Source: Hydrurus foetidus (taxonomy: Eukaryota). From it: a stretch of DNA of 53,367 nt. Below, in pieces: positions 35,801 through 48,141 of this stretch (the stretch's first letter is position 1; every line of letters starts with the position of its first letter). The notes beneath the pieces are model-generated. The model was not told the origin of the DNA and did no database searches. It saw only the letters and a program-made list of their open reading frames with translations. The translations under genes and the position numbers were made by a program. The stretch covers positions 124,001 to 177,367 of the forward strand of contig UYFQ01000349.1 of assembly GCA_900617105.1 (NCBI GenBank), written 5' to 3'.

Positions 35801-36055
35801 AGTTTTATTCGATGTAAGAGATGCCAGAATGGAATCTTCCAGTGAGTTATTGGAACTGAATATAAGCTGATTGAAATTCATCGTTTCTGCTATCTTGTGC
35901 TCCTTCAGATTTTCGGTTTGAATGAGTATACTCTGCACACTTTTTTTGCAAATCTTTAGGAGTTCTTTGCTGCACAGTCTCAGATTGAGAATATCCCGAC
36001 ATTTGGATAGATGCTCAACGACAACGCACCAAAAGTCTTGCTCAGTATTACGCAT
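32892..36055 (-). CDS. F-box-like / leucine-rich-repeat / ankyrin-repeat protein, about 7 exons
   Basis: The N-terminal FWCVVVEHLSKCRDILNLRLCSKEL is F-box-like; NLRILILSNCTF and TLRFLGLGG are LRR-like. Ankyrin repeats NQTLLHLSCIAGD, ETPLYLVAFRSN, GFTPVHAGVVAG and QTPLDLA lie in downstream exons. Confidence 0.75.
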
Positions 36056-37255
36056 CTCAGATGGATAATTAGACAATGCCTGCGTACATACTGAGCTTTC
36101 TTCCTCCACGATGATTGGGGAAAGTTGTCACTGCCAAGCCAGCAACGAAAAGAGCGATGACGCGACCAGATGACAGGCTGGCAGCTGACTGGAGGAGTTG
36201 GGTGTAAGAATGATGAGAAGTGTGAAAAGAAGACGCTCCCTGAGAATGTAGAAGATGACGTCCCTGAACGTCACTGTTCAGGAACGTCACCGTTGGAACA
36301 AGACACGTTTTGGATCCAAGGTCTCCATGGGTTGATAAATGGAAAACTTTCAGTTATACTTGATCCCCAGAGTGGAATACATTACAGTCATACCATGCAG
36401 TATGCAGTGCTGATAGCTGAGTGGTACTTTTTAATAGCCTTTGGTCCACCAAATGAGCGAAACAGAAGAACAAGTACATCCTACTGCACAGCATGACAAC
36501 TCGCATGAAAATATTGCAATCATGAAAATTTTGTTCCTATCCTCCTAGTCTCTACAATCCTAATTTCTATCACATTTGAAGCATTATTATTGTAAGGTGC
36601 AGAAGAGTCTACAATTAATGACGATTTTTTTCATGTTTATTAATGATGGCCCAGAGTCATTTATTTGTCACAAATTTTGAAATGCTATTGAATGGTGAAA
36701 CCCAAGCGCACTATGAAGTTCACTTTGCTATGATTTCTATTTTCATACTGGGAAATGTAAGATGCATTTGAAGTAGCAAAATTTCGGTCTTACTTACACA
36801 TCAGATATACGATTGCTCGACTTCATTGTTTGCTTGATTTACAATATGTTCGTACCACCGTTTGACAAGTAATACAAATATACGTGTAGTACATAATGTG
36901 CATTTCATGAAAAAAAAATCAATTCGGACCGCATTTTTTATTTCAAAATCATGTATCTATATCAAAGAACTTAATTGTCGTTTGTATCGTGGAGGAATTT
37001 ATCATTGTTCTACACATTATTTTTCTATGTTGTCTTCTATCTACGGAATTTAGAACATCATGATGTTTCACAGTAGTATTTTATATTCAATATTCTGTAC
37101 TCAATATATAGTAATGCATGTATCAGTCAACACGAAATAATTTACAAATTTGGTATTTTATATCATTTTTCTACTCGTACTTATTTCGCCTACTTATAGC
37201 GCACTATTAGAATAGAGCGAAATTGTCTTCAAATATTTTAAAAGAATAGATTTCA

Positions 37256-40200
37256 TTATTGCCACCAATTTAAATCTTTTTTATTCCTTTCGCTTTCTTT
37301 TTCATTTTCTCCAATAAAAGAAATGTTTTGCCAACCGTTTTTTTTTTTATAATTCAATTTTTCATTTTCTTTTGACCGCCACCATCCCGTAGAATGCGGT
37401 AAATTTTTTGAATTATTTTCATTTTTCATGCCGTATTGACTGTACGGTTCTTGTCCGTTCTCATGACTCCTGAAATGTTCGTATGAGTTACTGCAGTTTA
37501 TCGGAACACTACGGTTAACTTTACCGCGTCCTTCTGTCAACCATTCCGGTAAACGGCTCAATGACACGTCATTGTCATGTTCGTACGCATACGTACTCCT
37601 CATCCTCCCCCTCGGATTCCTAATGGAATATTCTTTTTGACTTTGTGCTGCATAGGAATGTTCTTTCTTTGCATATTCTTTCAGCTCCTCCTCTTCGAAA
37701 CATGCTTCCAGACTTGCTCTGTATTTGCTCAATAAATGAGAGGAAAGAGAACCCTGTGACGCGCTTATACGGAGTAGCTGAGATTCTACAATTGTTGGCT
37801 TTACGATGATGCTCCCTGTATATAATGACAGTAGATTGTGTTTGAGTTAGAACTGTTTTGGTTCGTTCAGTGCTGTGTTTTTCTGTACTGTCTAGTTTTG
37901 CGTTATTTGGTTCTGTATGCATTGTATTGTATTGCATTGTATTGTATTGTATTGTATTGTATTGTATTGTATTGTATTGTATTGTATTGTATTGTATTGT
38001 ATTGTATTGTATTGTATTGTATTGTATTGTATTGTATTGCATTGTATTGTATTGTATTGTATTGTATTGTATTGTATTGTATTGTATTGTATTGTATTGT
38101 ATTGTATTGTATTGTATTGTATTGTATTGTATTGTATTGTATTGTATTGTATTGTATTGTATTGTATTGTATTGTATTGTATTGTATTGTATTGTATTGT
38201 ATTGTATTGTATTGTATTGTATTGTATTGTATTGTATTGTATTGTATTGTATTGTATTGTATTGTATTGTATTGTATTGCATTGCATTGCACTGCACTGC
38301 ACTGTTTGACATTGTGTAGTATCGTATGTATATATTAGGAAACATGCACTAACTCACTCACATAAATTCACACACACACATCCCCCCCTCCACCCACACC
38401 CACATCCACACACACTCCACTCACCTGCTTCGTCAGCGTCCACTACAACGGGTATGCCAGCATGACGGTATAATCCGAGCACCTGCGGTATCATTGTGAC
38501 GATGTCGGAATCCACTTCCACCCGGTAATTTGATGGGATCTTACGGTTAACGAAAGCCGCAAATACGGTATTCCCGATTCTAGGCGCTGATTAAAATACA
38601 TCAATGATTGAAATAGGAAAATGGGATGGTTTATAAGAAATATTGGTGAAAATGGTTTCATAGAAGAAGTGGATATGTGTACATTTTTGTGCATCTTCAT
38701 GAATTACTAAACACCGCTGAAAGTGTTCAAATTCATCGTTAAGTTGGATGAATTTGAATTTGAAAATATGTTAAGTAGCCACAAAAGAGGAAATAAATAC
38801 AAAAGAATAATGATTGTTTACCTCCATAAGTATACACGGCAATTGTCGGCACTTCCCATTTATTAAATGCGTTTTCCTTTAAAATAGAAAGTCGATCTGA
38901 CTTATACGATTTGTTAGATCGACCGACTCTATTACGACTGTTGGCAGCTTCAGCTTCAGCTTGGAATTTGTCAGATGGATCATTGGTAGTGTGCGTGGTA
39001 GCACTATCATCATATTGGTCTTTACTATGACTTGGCAGTACATCATATCTTCGAGCTTCATGCTCACAATCTTTTGCATTTGACATTTCATGTTTTCTTT
39101 CATGACTATTATAATTTTTAATACCAACATACGCACTTCTCGTACACACGTCATTATTTCCACCGTAAACCAATTCTATAGCATCTAAAATGTAATTCAA
39201 ATTCACTGATAAATCCAATGCAGCCAACACAGTTAATGCCGCACCTAAAGAATGACCACAAAAATAAACCCTCAGGGGCCGAGAAATTTCTTTTTCTATC
39301 GTACGTACTTGTTGTGGTGTAAGTACAAGATTGTCACGTACGTATTTACCAGAGACATTATCATCGTATAATGTCAGTATTTCAATTATTTGAAAATGTT
39401 GTTTTTTGTGATCGCAGAACGCACGTACGATGGAACGTAACACGTCCGTACGGACAGAAGAATATGCTCCCCAGAACCCCTCATGCACCCTTGGTAATGT
39501 GTGTTGAAAAACTGGAAGAGAAGAAAGAACGTTCCTGAAACATGAAAACCAAGAATTTTCAGGCATCCTCTTTTCCTTTTCACTTTCATTATTATCATCT
39601 CTTCCTTCTTTTTTTTGTTTTTCCCAACCATCCGATCTTCTTACAGTGGATCTAGGATCCAGTTCTGGAATCTGATTGTCATACACTACTCCATGATTAC
39701 TCCTCTCTCTACCTCGACCTCCGCCTCTGTCTCTACCTCTCTCGAAATCAAATAAATCAGATTCATTGTCTCCATCTAAATCCCTGCGAACGTACGCTTC
39801 TAAATCCATGTACGAACTTCCTGGACTGGAATCTAGGTCTCGGTCCCTGTCCCTATCCAGTCCAAGATAAGAAGGTGTTTCACTGTCATTTCTTTTTCTG
39901 TAACGCACTGTACTTGCGAAACTGCCGATATCAATAGTGTGATTTTCATTTTCAATTTCATTTTGAGGTAATAAATAATCATATCCGGAATTAAGTTCAA
40001 GTTCCATGAAGTTCTGTGTGATGTCCGTACGTACGTGTGTTGCACAGTTGATAACATTTGCACTGGGGTCGGCATGTGTATCATTTTCTTCCTCGTGGGA
40101 GGGTTGGGACGGAGATAGTGTGTGTGGGAGTGTGTGGGAGAATGTCTGGGATGGAGATAGTGTGTGTGGGAGTGTGTGGGAGAATGTCTGGGATGGAGAT

Positions 40201-43200
40201 AGTGTGTGTGGGAGTGTGTGTGAGAATGTGTGACTTCGGAGGGGTGAAAGGGAGGGAGAGTAGGAGAGGGAGTGACAATGTGAGAAGGTTTGTATGTGTG
40301 AGTGGGATTGAGATGCTGAGGTCGAGAGATCTGGCATTTCCTGTGTGTCCAGTGTCTGAACAAGATGTGTCGTACGTGCGTACGTTTCTGCCAGGGGAGA
40401 AAGATGGGTCCTTAATTTGGAATTGACGGAATCGAAGGGTCCAGAGTCCAGAAGGGGGGACACAGGTGTGTGGGGACATTCGGAAGAATCCCACAGGGGT
40501 GTGGGGTAATTAGTGTGGTATTGTATGGTGTGTGGATAGTCGTTACTTGCTGTTGTTCTTTGTTGTGGTAGAGATTTTGTTATTAGCAGGGGTGATATCG
40601 ACCTTGTAGTGTCTTTATTGTATCCGTGATACTCATCTGTAAAATCAGTGTTACTCTCTGTTTTAGTGTTACATTCGTCATATTTGGCACTTGTGATTTC
40701 AATTTTAAAATTGTTATCATCTTCATCATCATCATTCTTACTGGACTTGCTATTTGGATCCTTTACATCTGATCTGATTAATTTTATGCTCTCGTTAAAA
40801 TCATCACTATTACAATTTGTATTTTCATTCTTGACTTCATTTTTGTATTTTTTTATTTCTTCGCTTTTCATGTTTTCGTATTTTTCATTCTCAAATTCTC
40901 GTATCATATTTATAAAAAACTTTCTTCTTCGTTTTAAACAAGGTACAGACACTTGTGAGAATCTTAAATCGGTTTGTAAATTCGCTAAAATACTGCCTCT
41001 AAACGTGACAACAATCCTATCTCCTATATAGGGTGTTACACTGGTTGCGATTTTATCTTTGTTGGTGGTGTTATTGTTGCTGTTATTTTTGCTGTTATTG
41101 CTGTTGTTTTTGCTGCCGTTTTCTTCAGCCTTTTTCTCATCACTATCATCAGCAAGATTACTATTATCATTATTAATATCAGTACTACCGTTTATACCGT
41201 CATCCCGCTTAGACGCACCATCCATCTTTTTATTATAAACGTCGACATTCCCAAGGGTATTGGCACATTTATTGAGGTTTGAATTAATTTGACCAGTTGA
41301 AAACGGTAGAATTTGTCCGGATAATGACCAATCGTGCGATGCGATGAAATCTAATTGGAAATTGAAATAGATTTGGTAAAATAAGAAATTTCGTAGGTAA
41401 GGTAGGATGTACGTATAGATGTGAGATGTACGCATGGAGGTCATCGAGATCGGGATCAACAAAACAAACTGTGCTTAACTATGACTCTTTGAAAGTGAGC
41501 GAATCTCATCATAAACCAAACCACACTGTATCAGACCACGGCACACTGCAGTACATTAAAGTGCATGACAATGTAGTACAGTACAGTGCAGCGAACTACA
41601 GTACAATATAATGCACTACACTACACTACACTACACTACACTACACTACACTACACTACACTACACTGCACTACACTACACTTCACTACACTACACTACA
41701 CTACACTACATTACACTACAATACACTTCCCTGCACTACACTACAATACACTACAATACAATACACTTCCCTGCACTACACTACACTACACTGCACTCCA
41801 CTCCACTGCATCGCACTGCACTGCATCACATCACATCACATCGCACTACCTTGTAGTGGCGCCAAAGAAGGTGGACAAGCAGTCGTAGCAACTACGCCAA
41901 AAGTCGCCTGCTCTTTATTTTCAAAAGAAGAAAGTAAGGTCAAACCAATTCTTGGGAGATCCATCTTCGGACCTAAGACCCTAGATTCCGCATCACTACC
42001 AGGTACTTTGGAATCTCCGATATTTTGATTCACGATTCCATTTTGATTTTGAGTTTCGATTGATCTATTATCTTCATTATTAAGAATAGGAGATGACGTT
42101 TTTGATGCTACGTTTTCGATATTAGATGCAAGTTGAAGAGGAATTAATTCAATATAATGATCTTTTTCTTGTTGAATGTTCGATATTGAAGTTGAAGTTG
42201 AAGTTGTGGGGTAGGAAGGAATGTCTGCCCCTTGGAGAGAGAAGGTGGGTGTTGTTACAGGTTGATATGGTGGTAGTAATGATGATGAAGATGGTGGTGA
42301 TGATGATGGTGATGATGATGGTGGTGGCGATGATGAGGAGAGTGGGAGGGTTATTACTGATGTCATAGGATTAGTGGAAGGAGAAGAAGGAAGAGGTAGA
42401 GAAAGTGGAAGGGACTCTGAAGTTGAGGATTTTATATTGCATTCTGCGGGAGTATTGTCGGTCTGAAGCACAATCTGAATTTCTTTATTTGCATCTAATT
42501 CTAGATTCGTCTTCATCGAATCTTCACCCGATTCTTTCATTGCGACAATTCTATCACTTTCGACAGTATTTTCTTCTTTTTTAAGGCTAAATACAGTGGG
42601 AAGTGGAAAATAGGCTTGATATGACACTTCCATTAAAGTACACGCAGTCTCAAGACAAAATATTTCTTTTACTCTTTTTTCTCTTTTTTTATTATGTACA
42701 TTTTTAATCGCTTCAATTATTGAGAATTTATTTTTGTAGTTTTTATCGGATGTATTATTTTGTGTTGTTTCGTTGTTGTATTTCATGTCTCTTTCCAACG
42801 CCACAAACGCGTGACTTGTTCCTTCCAAATCTATCACTGCTGAGATATCTGCAATAATAGAGACTGAGATAATGAGTACATGTTCGACTAGTAATTATCT
42901 GTAGACAGTTTCGTACAATTAGTACAGACTGGAAGTACCGAAAGTGAGGACGAAGAAGCCGTCATAAAAAATAGAATTAAATGTGATGGAAAGAACATGA
43001 TAAAATGGCTAATTAAAAATAATGGTACTTATCTTACCATCTTGTGATGCCACTGTAGAACCGTACAAATCTCTCTTCAAAATATCCGCAGATGATTTAA
43101 ATCCGAAACAATTCCGTATAAAACCAAACAAAAAACACGGAAATTGACAACGGATTCCTCCATTCATGGATTTCGGTGGTAATAAAATGTACGCCGTAGT

Positions 43201-46200
43201 GCAGCACAGGGCAGTTACGAATGCGGGTATTGCTAGATGTGCCCCTCGGAACGCCCAGTACACGAGAGGGTCCGCTTCGAACCCTCCAAAAAATCCTGCA
43301 AGGAATATATGAACATGTTACCTTCTCATGAAATCAGTGTTCTTTTATATACGAAAAGTCCATACCTGTCAGTAGATTCCATCTGTTGACCCACAGTTCC
43401 CATCTCTGTTCCGTAGTGTAACCGTGAACTAATTTATTTTCTCCAGAATAAGAATAAGAGGAGGAAGAGGAAGAGTAGGGAACTGAATGCGCGTACGATG
43501 AATGAGAATAGGAGAGAGTACTTCCATTAAAATATCTTGCAGTATCGGAGGATCCGCGTAAATATCCGTAATTTCGATCCAAGTTCTTTTCTCCGTTTTG
43601 AAATCCGTAATTCGTAAAATCAAAACCGTATTCTACGTTTTCAGATTCGACGAGGGGTGCCAATAATTGATGCAACTTAATCAAAAGAAAGACAACAACC
43701 GCTGTGAGTCCGACTGACAATTGAGCCGTAAGGAACCGGAAGAACATACGGTGAAATCGGGACACACGGTATTTTACTTTTCTTAAAACTCTCTCCGTTG
43801 TGTAACACGCCTGCACGGAGTCAGTTAGATGGGATCTATTTAGTAAGATACGCGTATATAAATAAAGAAGAAAAACATATTAAAATATCAACTACTTGCG
43901 CTCATGAGCTATAAAAGAAATTTACATAATCGTCTAAGGTACAAATAATTCAAGCACGAAGTAAAAAATAGAAACAGAAATATAATGAGATGATAAAAAA
44001 AACATTATAATGAAGTTTAGAGCCGTAGTACCATACATTACTTCGAATATAGAAGGCGAATAAATGGATGAAAAAAAATAAGAAGAAAAACATCAGTGAA
44101 TCATCGTCACACAATATCATAGTTCACCTGTAACAAAAAGAAAAACCAACAGCCCGTACAGACAGATATTATAAAACCGAACGTACACGACACCGTACTT
44201 ACAGATCCATTGATTTTTAAAGCATCCCCAAAGGGTAAAGTAAAAAGTTGGGGAAATTGTAAAATCCAAAAGAAAATAACACACGAACTTGAAAAAAATA
44301 AAAACAAGATTTTCTGACCCACGATTTCGAAGAAGTAAGGAGACAATGGATGATGTTTCGCTAACTCAGATTCCATAGTGGGATTTCTACTGACTGGAAT
44401 TTTGCGTGGAATCTTGGATCCTAGATCATCTATCTCGTCCATTTTTTCTTTTTTTTTTTTTCGTCTTTTTTATTTTCGTTATTTTCGTTATTTTCATTTT
44501 CATGATCGTCTGTTATTTCTTTAATGGTATCTGGAGAGGAAAACAAAGATAAAGTGTTCTCATTTGACCGTGACACTATACCGCCCAGCGGTACTTCCGG
44601 TATTATACGACAATTCTTAATATCATCGCAGGTACCATCGTCTCTGAATTTCAGCGAATACTGATCGATGCATCCAACATTCTGACCGCTTTCAGTGTTA
44701 TTTACAGAATTCACATCCAGCTTATTATCATCATTTAAATTACATTTCATCGCATTAATATCGTCCACATATTTTATTTCAGAATCTTTTCTAGGAGAAT
44801 CGAAAGGGTTAGTGCTCACAAAAACCGTAGAATCAACTTTCACATTTTCACCGATTTCATTATATTTATTCACTGTTTTATACAATTCGTGTTTTTTATT
44901 CATACTGTTATTATCACCACCTCTACTGGGGGAATGAAAATTTGGTATTTTTTCATTGTTTTTCAGTATTGATCCATATTTTTCACGTGGAGAGAATTCG
45001 GGTTCAAATTGAAGAGGTACGAAACCTTTTGTCACGATCCCATTCTGAAATACAATATTTTTCATTTGTGGATATGTTTCATTTTCCCGTAAGATGCAAT
45101 TTTCGTTTGTTACTAGACTGCTCTTTTTCACGGAATTTATTGACTCACCCGTAGGTGACGAGGAATTTCCGGTATAATTCTGATTTTGTAGTCGTGCATT
45201 AGATGCGTAGGCGATGGAATCTTGAAGGTCCGAGATCCTCGTTTTTCTCACTTGTGGGTATTTTAATCCGTCAACTATGCAGAGAAGAACGAATAATAAT
45301 CCTGACAAAAAATAAAGAAAAACAAAAAAATATGAAAAACATAAAAGTCAAGTATGAGAGTGACAAAATGATTAAGCAAAGTAATAAATCGACGCATAAC
45401 TGAAGAAGATAGAATAAAATGTAGAGGTGAAAAATGGCAAAGTGAAGATAGAGAGAGATGAACACATCAAAATAATGGCTTTATGCCATCATCAAAGTTG
45501 ATGAAAATACAACAAACAACTTCAAAAATTATCTGTCGAAAATAAAGTGACGTACAATAATGAAATATACTTTAAAAGGAGCCGGAGTAAATTTCGAAAT
45601 AAAAGGTGGCATTTCCTTTGATTTTAATAGAATAAAAACACAAATACAAAAAATTGACAGAAATCTCGTACCTTGTCTCCCCAATGATTCTGTAACTTTG
45701 GAAAAAAAAATCCAAAAATCTGATACAAATATGATCCTATCGAATATGGACAATAATGTCAAAACCGATGAAAGAGGACACAACCAAAATATTAACACGA
45801 TTATTAGAGCAAATCCGGAAATTTGTTCTGGTAGCAAATAATAAGCGAAATGTAGATATTTTTTTCTTTTCATTTTCTCTATTTTATTCTCGTGAATATT
45901 TTGATTTTCCATTTCATTTTCATTTTTCATGCTGATTAAAATATGAAAGTAAACTCTTTGCATAGATATTCCTAACGATATAAGAGAAATCATGCTTAGA
46001 AATACAATGAACACTGCACGCCAAATCGAGAAAAACTCACTTTCAGAGGAAATTTTTAATCTCACATTATTTATCGAAATAATATTATCATCAACAGAGA
46101 CCTCTTTGGTCAGGATTTCACTGTCGTGATTTTCCCTGTTTTGACTTATTATTGAAGACGTTGCAGAATAAGCAATGAGTGAATCTTCTGATTCTGATTC

Positions 46201-47430
46201 TGATTCAAATTTATTTTTTCTGAATTCTTTTTTTCCCTCGTCACTGTTTGATTTCCTATTCCAATCTTCATCCAATTGCGTAATTATATTCAATTCTGAA
46301 TCCGATTCCGATTCCAATTCTAATTCTGATTCCGAATTCGAAATAGAACTCAGTGGTCCTGTCATTTGAATCATAGTTATATCCAGGATAGGATATCTAT
46401 TACCACCGTATAAATAACCCGGTCTGCTCAAACTCTTCCGATCCAAAAGAGTAACACCTGCGCTCGGAGAACTTACATATTCATAGAATGTTCTCCCTTC
46501 ACTGACGATTGAAGTAGGATCGATCGTCAGTGCGTTGAGAGTGTTCTCGATGACGTCACTTCTTCTTGAATTTTCCCCTGAGAGATTTCGCACATAGTCA
46601 GCGCTCACTGTGAACAACCTAGTATCGACTGCATAGACATCAGAAGTATTGCTGATAGCTTCAAGTCTTCTGCCACTTGAGATGATGATAACTGTGGGAA
46701 TTGTAGAGGTGTCTATGTGCATAGTCGCATCGATGAAACTCACACTTGCCACAGGCCTTCTCAGAAGGATCCTCAGAACGCTAGGAACATCTCCAGTATC
46801 ATCAGAAGTATGGGCTACAAATTGTGAGCAATGAAATGGCTCCTCACAAGACCCAGCGCTGAACTCAGTGGTGCTCACGCAGTAAGGATGGAGAAATAGG
46901 ACAATAACAGCCGATATAGCAGGCAGCAACAAAAGAATCCATGTATGAGTAGAACCGAGGCTTTCCAGCCGAGTCTGTGGCGGCTGCCTGTTCCGCAAAA
47001 TCGGTGCAACTATCGCTGGAGTAATACTCTCAGGTACGATGAACCTTTCCTCCTGAACGGCCTCACGGAGAGATTCATGGCCGATTTGGATATTGTCACA
47101 AATGAATTTATCAACAGGTTGCACAGCAGAGCTAGTGACTGAAGCAGTCTGTGAACCGTTTCTCCTGAAAGAGACTGCTGGCATTCTCAATGATGCTGCA
47201 GACACAGAAAGCCTCATTCTTGGATTGTACTCGCGACTATCATCATTTGTAGCACGTCCAGCGCTCCCATACTTCGATGTGCTTTCATCAGCAAACATAG
47301 GAGACTGTTTGACCTCGCGAGGGCCATCTACCCTGAATAGTGGAGACTTCTCATCATATCTGGCACTGCTTGAATCCCCATCAATGTTAGTCTCTCCTTT
47401 CCTGTACTTATTGAAATGCTTCGGTGGCAT
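37256..47430 (-). CDS. Large multi-pass membrane class-3 lipase (DAG-lipase-like fold), multi-exon; apparent 1-nt frameshift in the homopolymer at 44449-44461
   Basis: IVVTFRGS, VHEGFWGAYSSV, nucleophile elbow YFCGHSLGAAL, YTYG|APRIGN, DIVTMIP, YRHAG and SHLLSKY. Several hydrophobic segments occur in the 5' exons. Confidence 0.88.
37921..38305. repeat. (ATTGT)n microsatellite of about 70 units, drifting to ATTGC/ACTGC, in a lipase intron
   Basis: Directly visible tandem pentamer. Confidence 0.99.
40109..40232 (-). repeat. 42-bp coding tandem repeat, 3 copies (FSHTLPHTLSPSQT)
   Basis: Three in-frame copies in the lipase insertion region. Confidence 0.9.
41614..41840. repeat. Imperfect (ACACT)n pentanucleotide microsatellite in a lipase intron
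   Basis: Directly visible; it drifts to ACAAT, ACTGC and TCACA units. Confidence 0.97.
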
Positions 47431-48141
47431 AGTTTAGATTACCAGTCAGTCTGGGACGACTGTGTCACTGGAGATTGCGGAATTGAATGACACGAGAGCG
47501 CTGTAGCAATTCCCGTACGGATAACGACACTTCGGGCGACTCACTAGCGACACCTTTGACGCGTTTTTGAAATTAAACAACCCGATGCTGGCATACAACT
47601 CGCTCGTGATGATGATCCCCGATTGGCAGAGGGGTCTCAGTGGAGTTCTTCAACTCGACCCTCAATGTTTCGTATTCGTGCTCCGTATCTGCCATTCCGC
47701 ATACCGTCGAGAGTGCCCGTTGTTTTCAAAATCCGGGAGACATAAGCCCAACACCGGTCCAAGTTCTTGCCTTTAAGTCACCATGATTAGAATGGTGGAT
47801 ACTGAAAAAGAAATAACTTGATATCCACGAGTTGCCTACATCTGAGAAAACTTCTTGTTGCAATCGATGCAGCATAACTTCATTTAGCGACACGAGAAGT
47901 GTCATATTGTCAAACTCCAAGCTGATCAAGAATTATCCCCATTCACGAAGGTGACCTCATATATCTGTTCAGGATGATCGGCGACTTGATTCCAACCAAT
48001 TTTTTCTCCCGCGCAACCTTTGATGTACTTTTATGCCATGTAATAATCATGAATAACCATGAATGAGATCGAGCGACACTATTTATCTCTCAACAGAAAT
48101 CATAATTGCAACTCTAAGAGCACACTCACTTTCAACTGTAG

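Noticed and set aside
36069..36496. Short ORFs upstream of the ankyrin gene
   Set aside because: No recognisable motifs or consistent splice model; likely UTR or intergenic.
37620..38345. ORFs of YNTIQ / LYCIV repeats
   Set aside because: These are translations of the stop-free (ATTGT)n microsatellite inside a lipase intron.
41586..41888. ORFs of HYTTL repeats
   Set aside because: These are translations of the (ACACT)n microsatellite.
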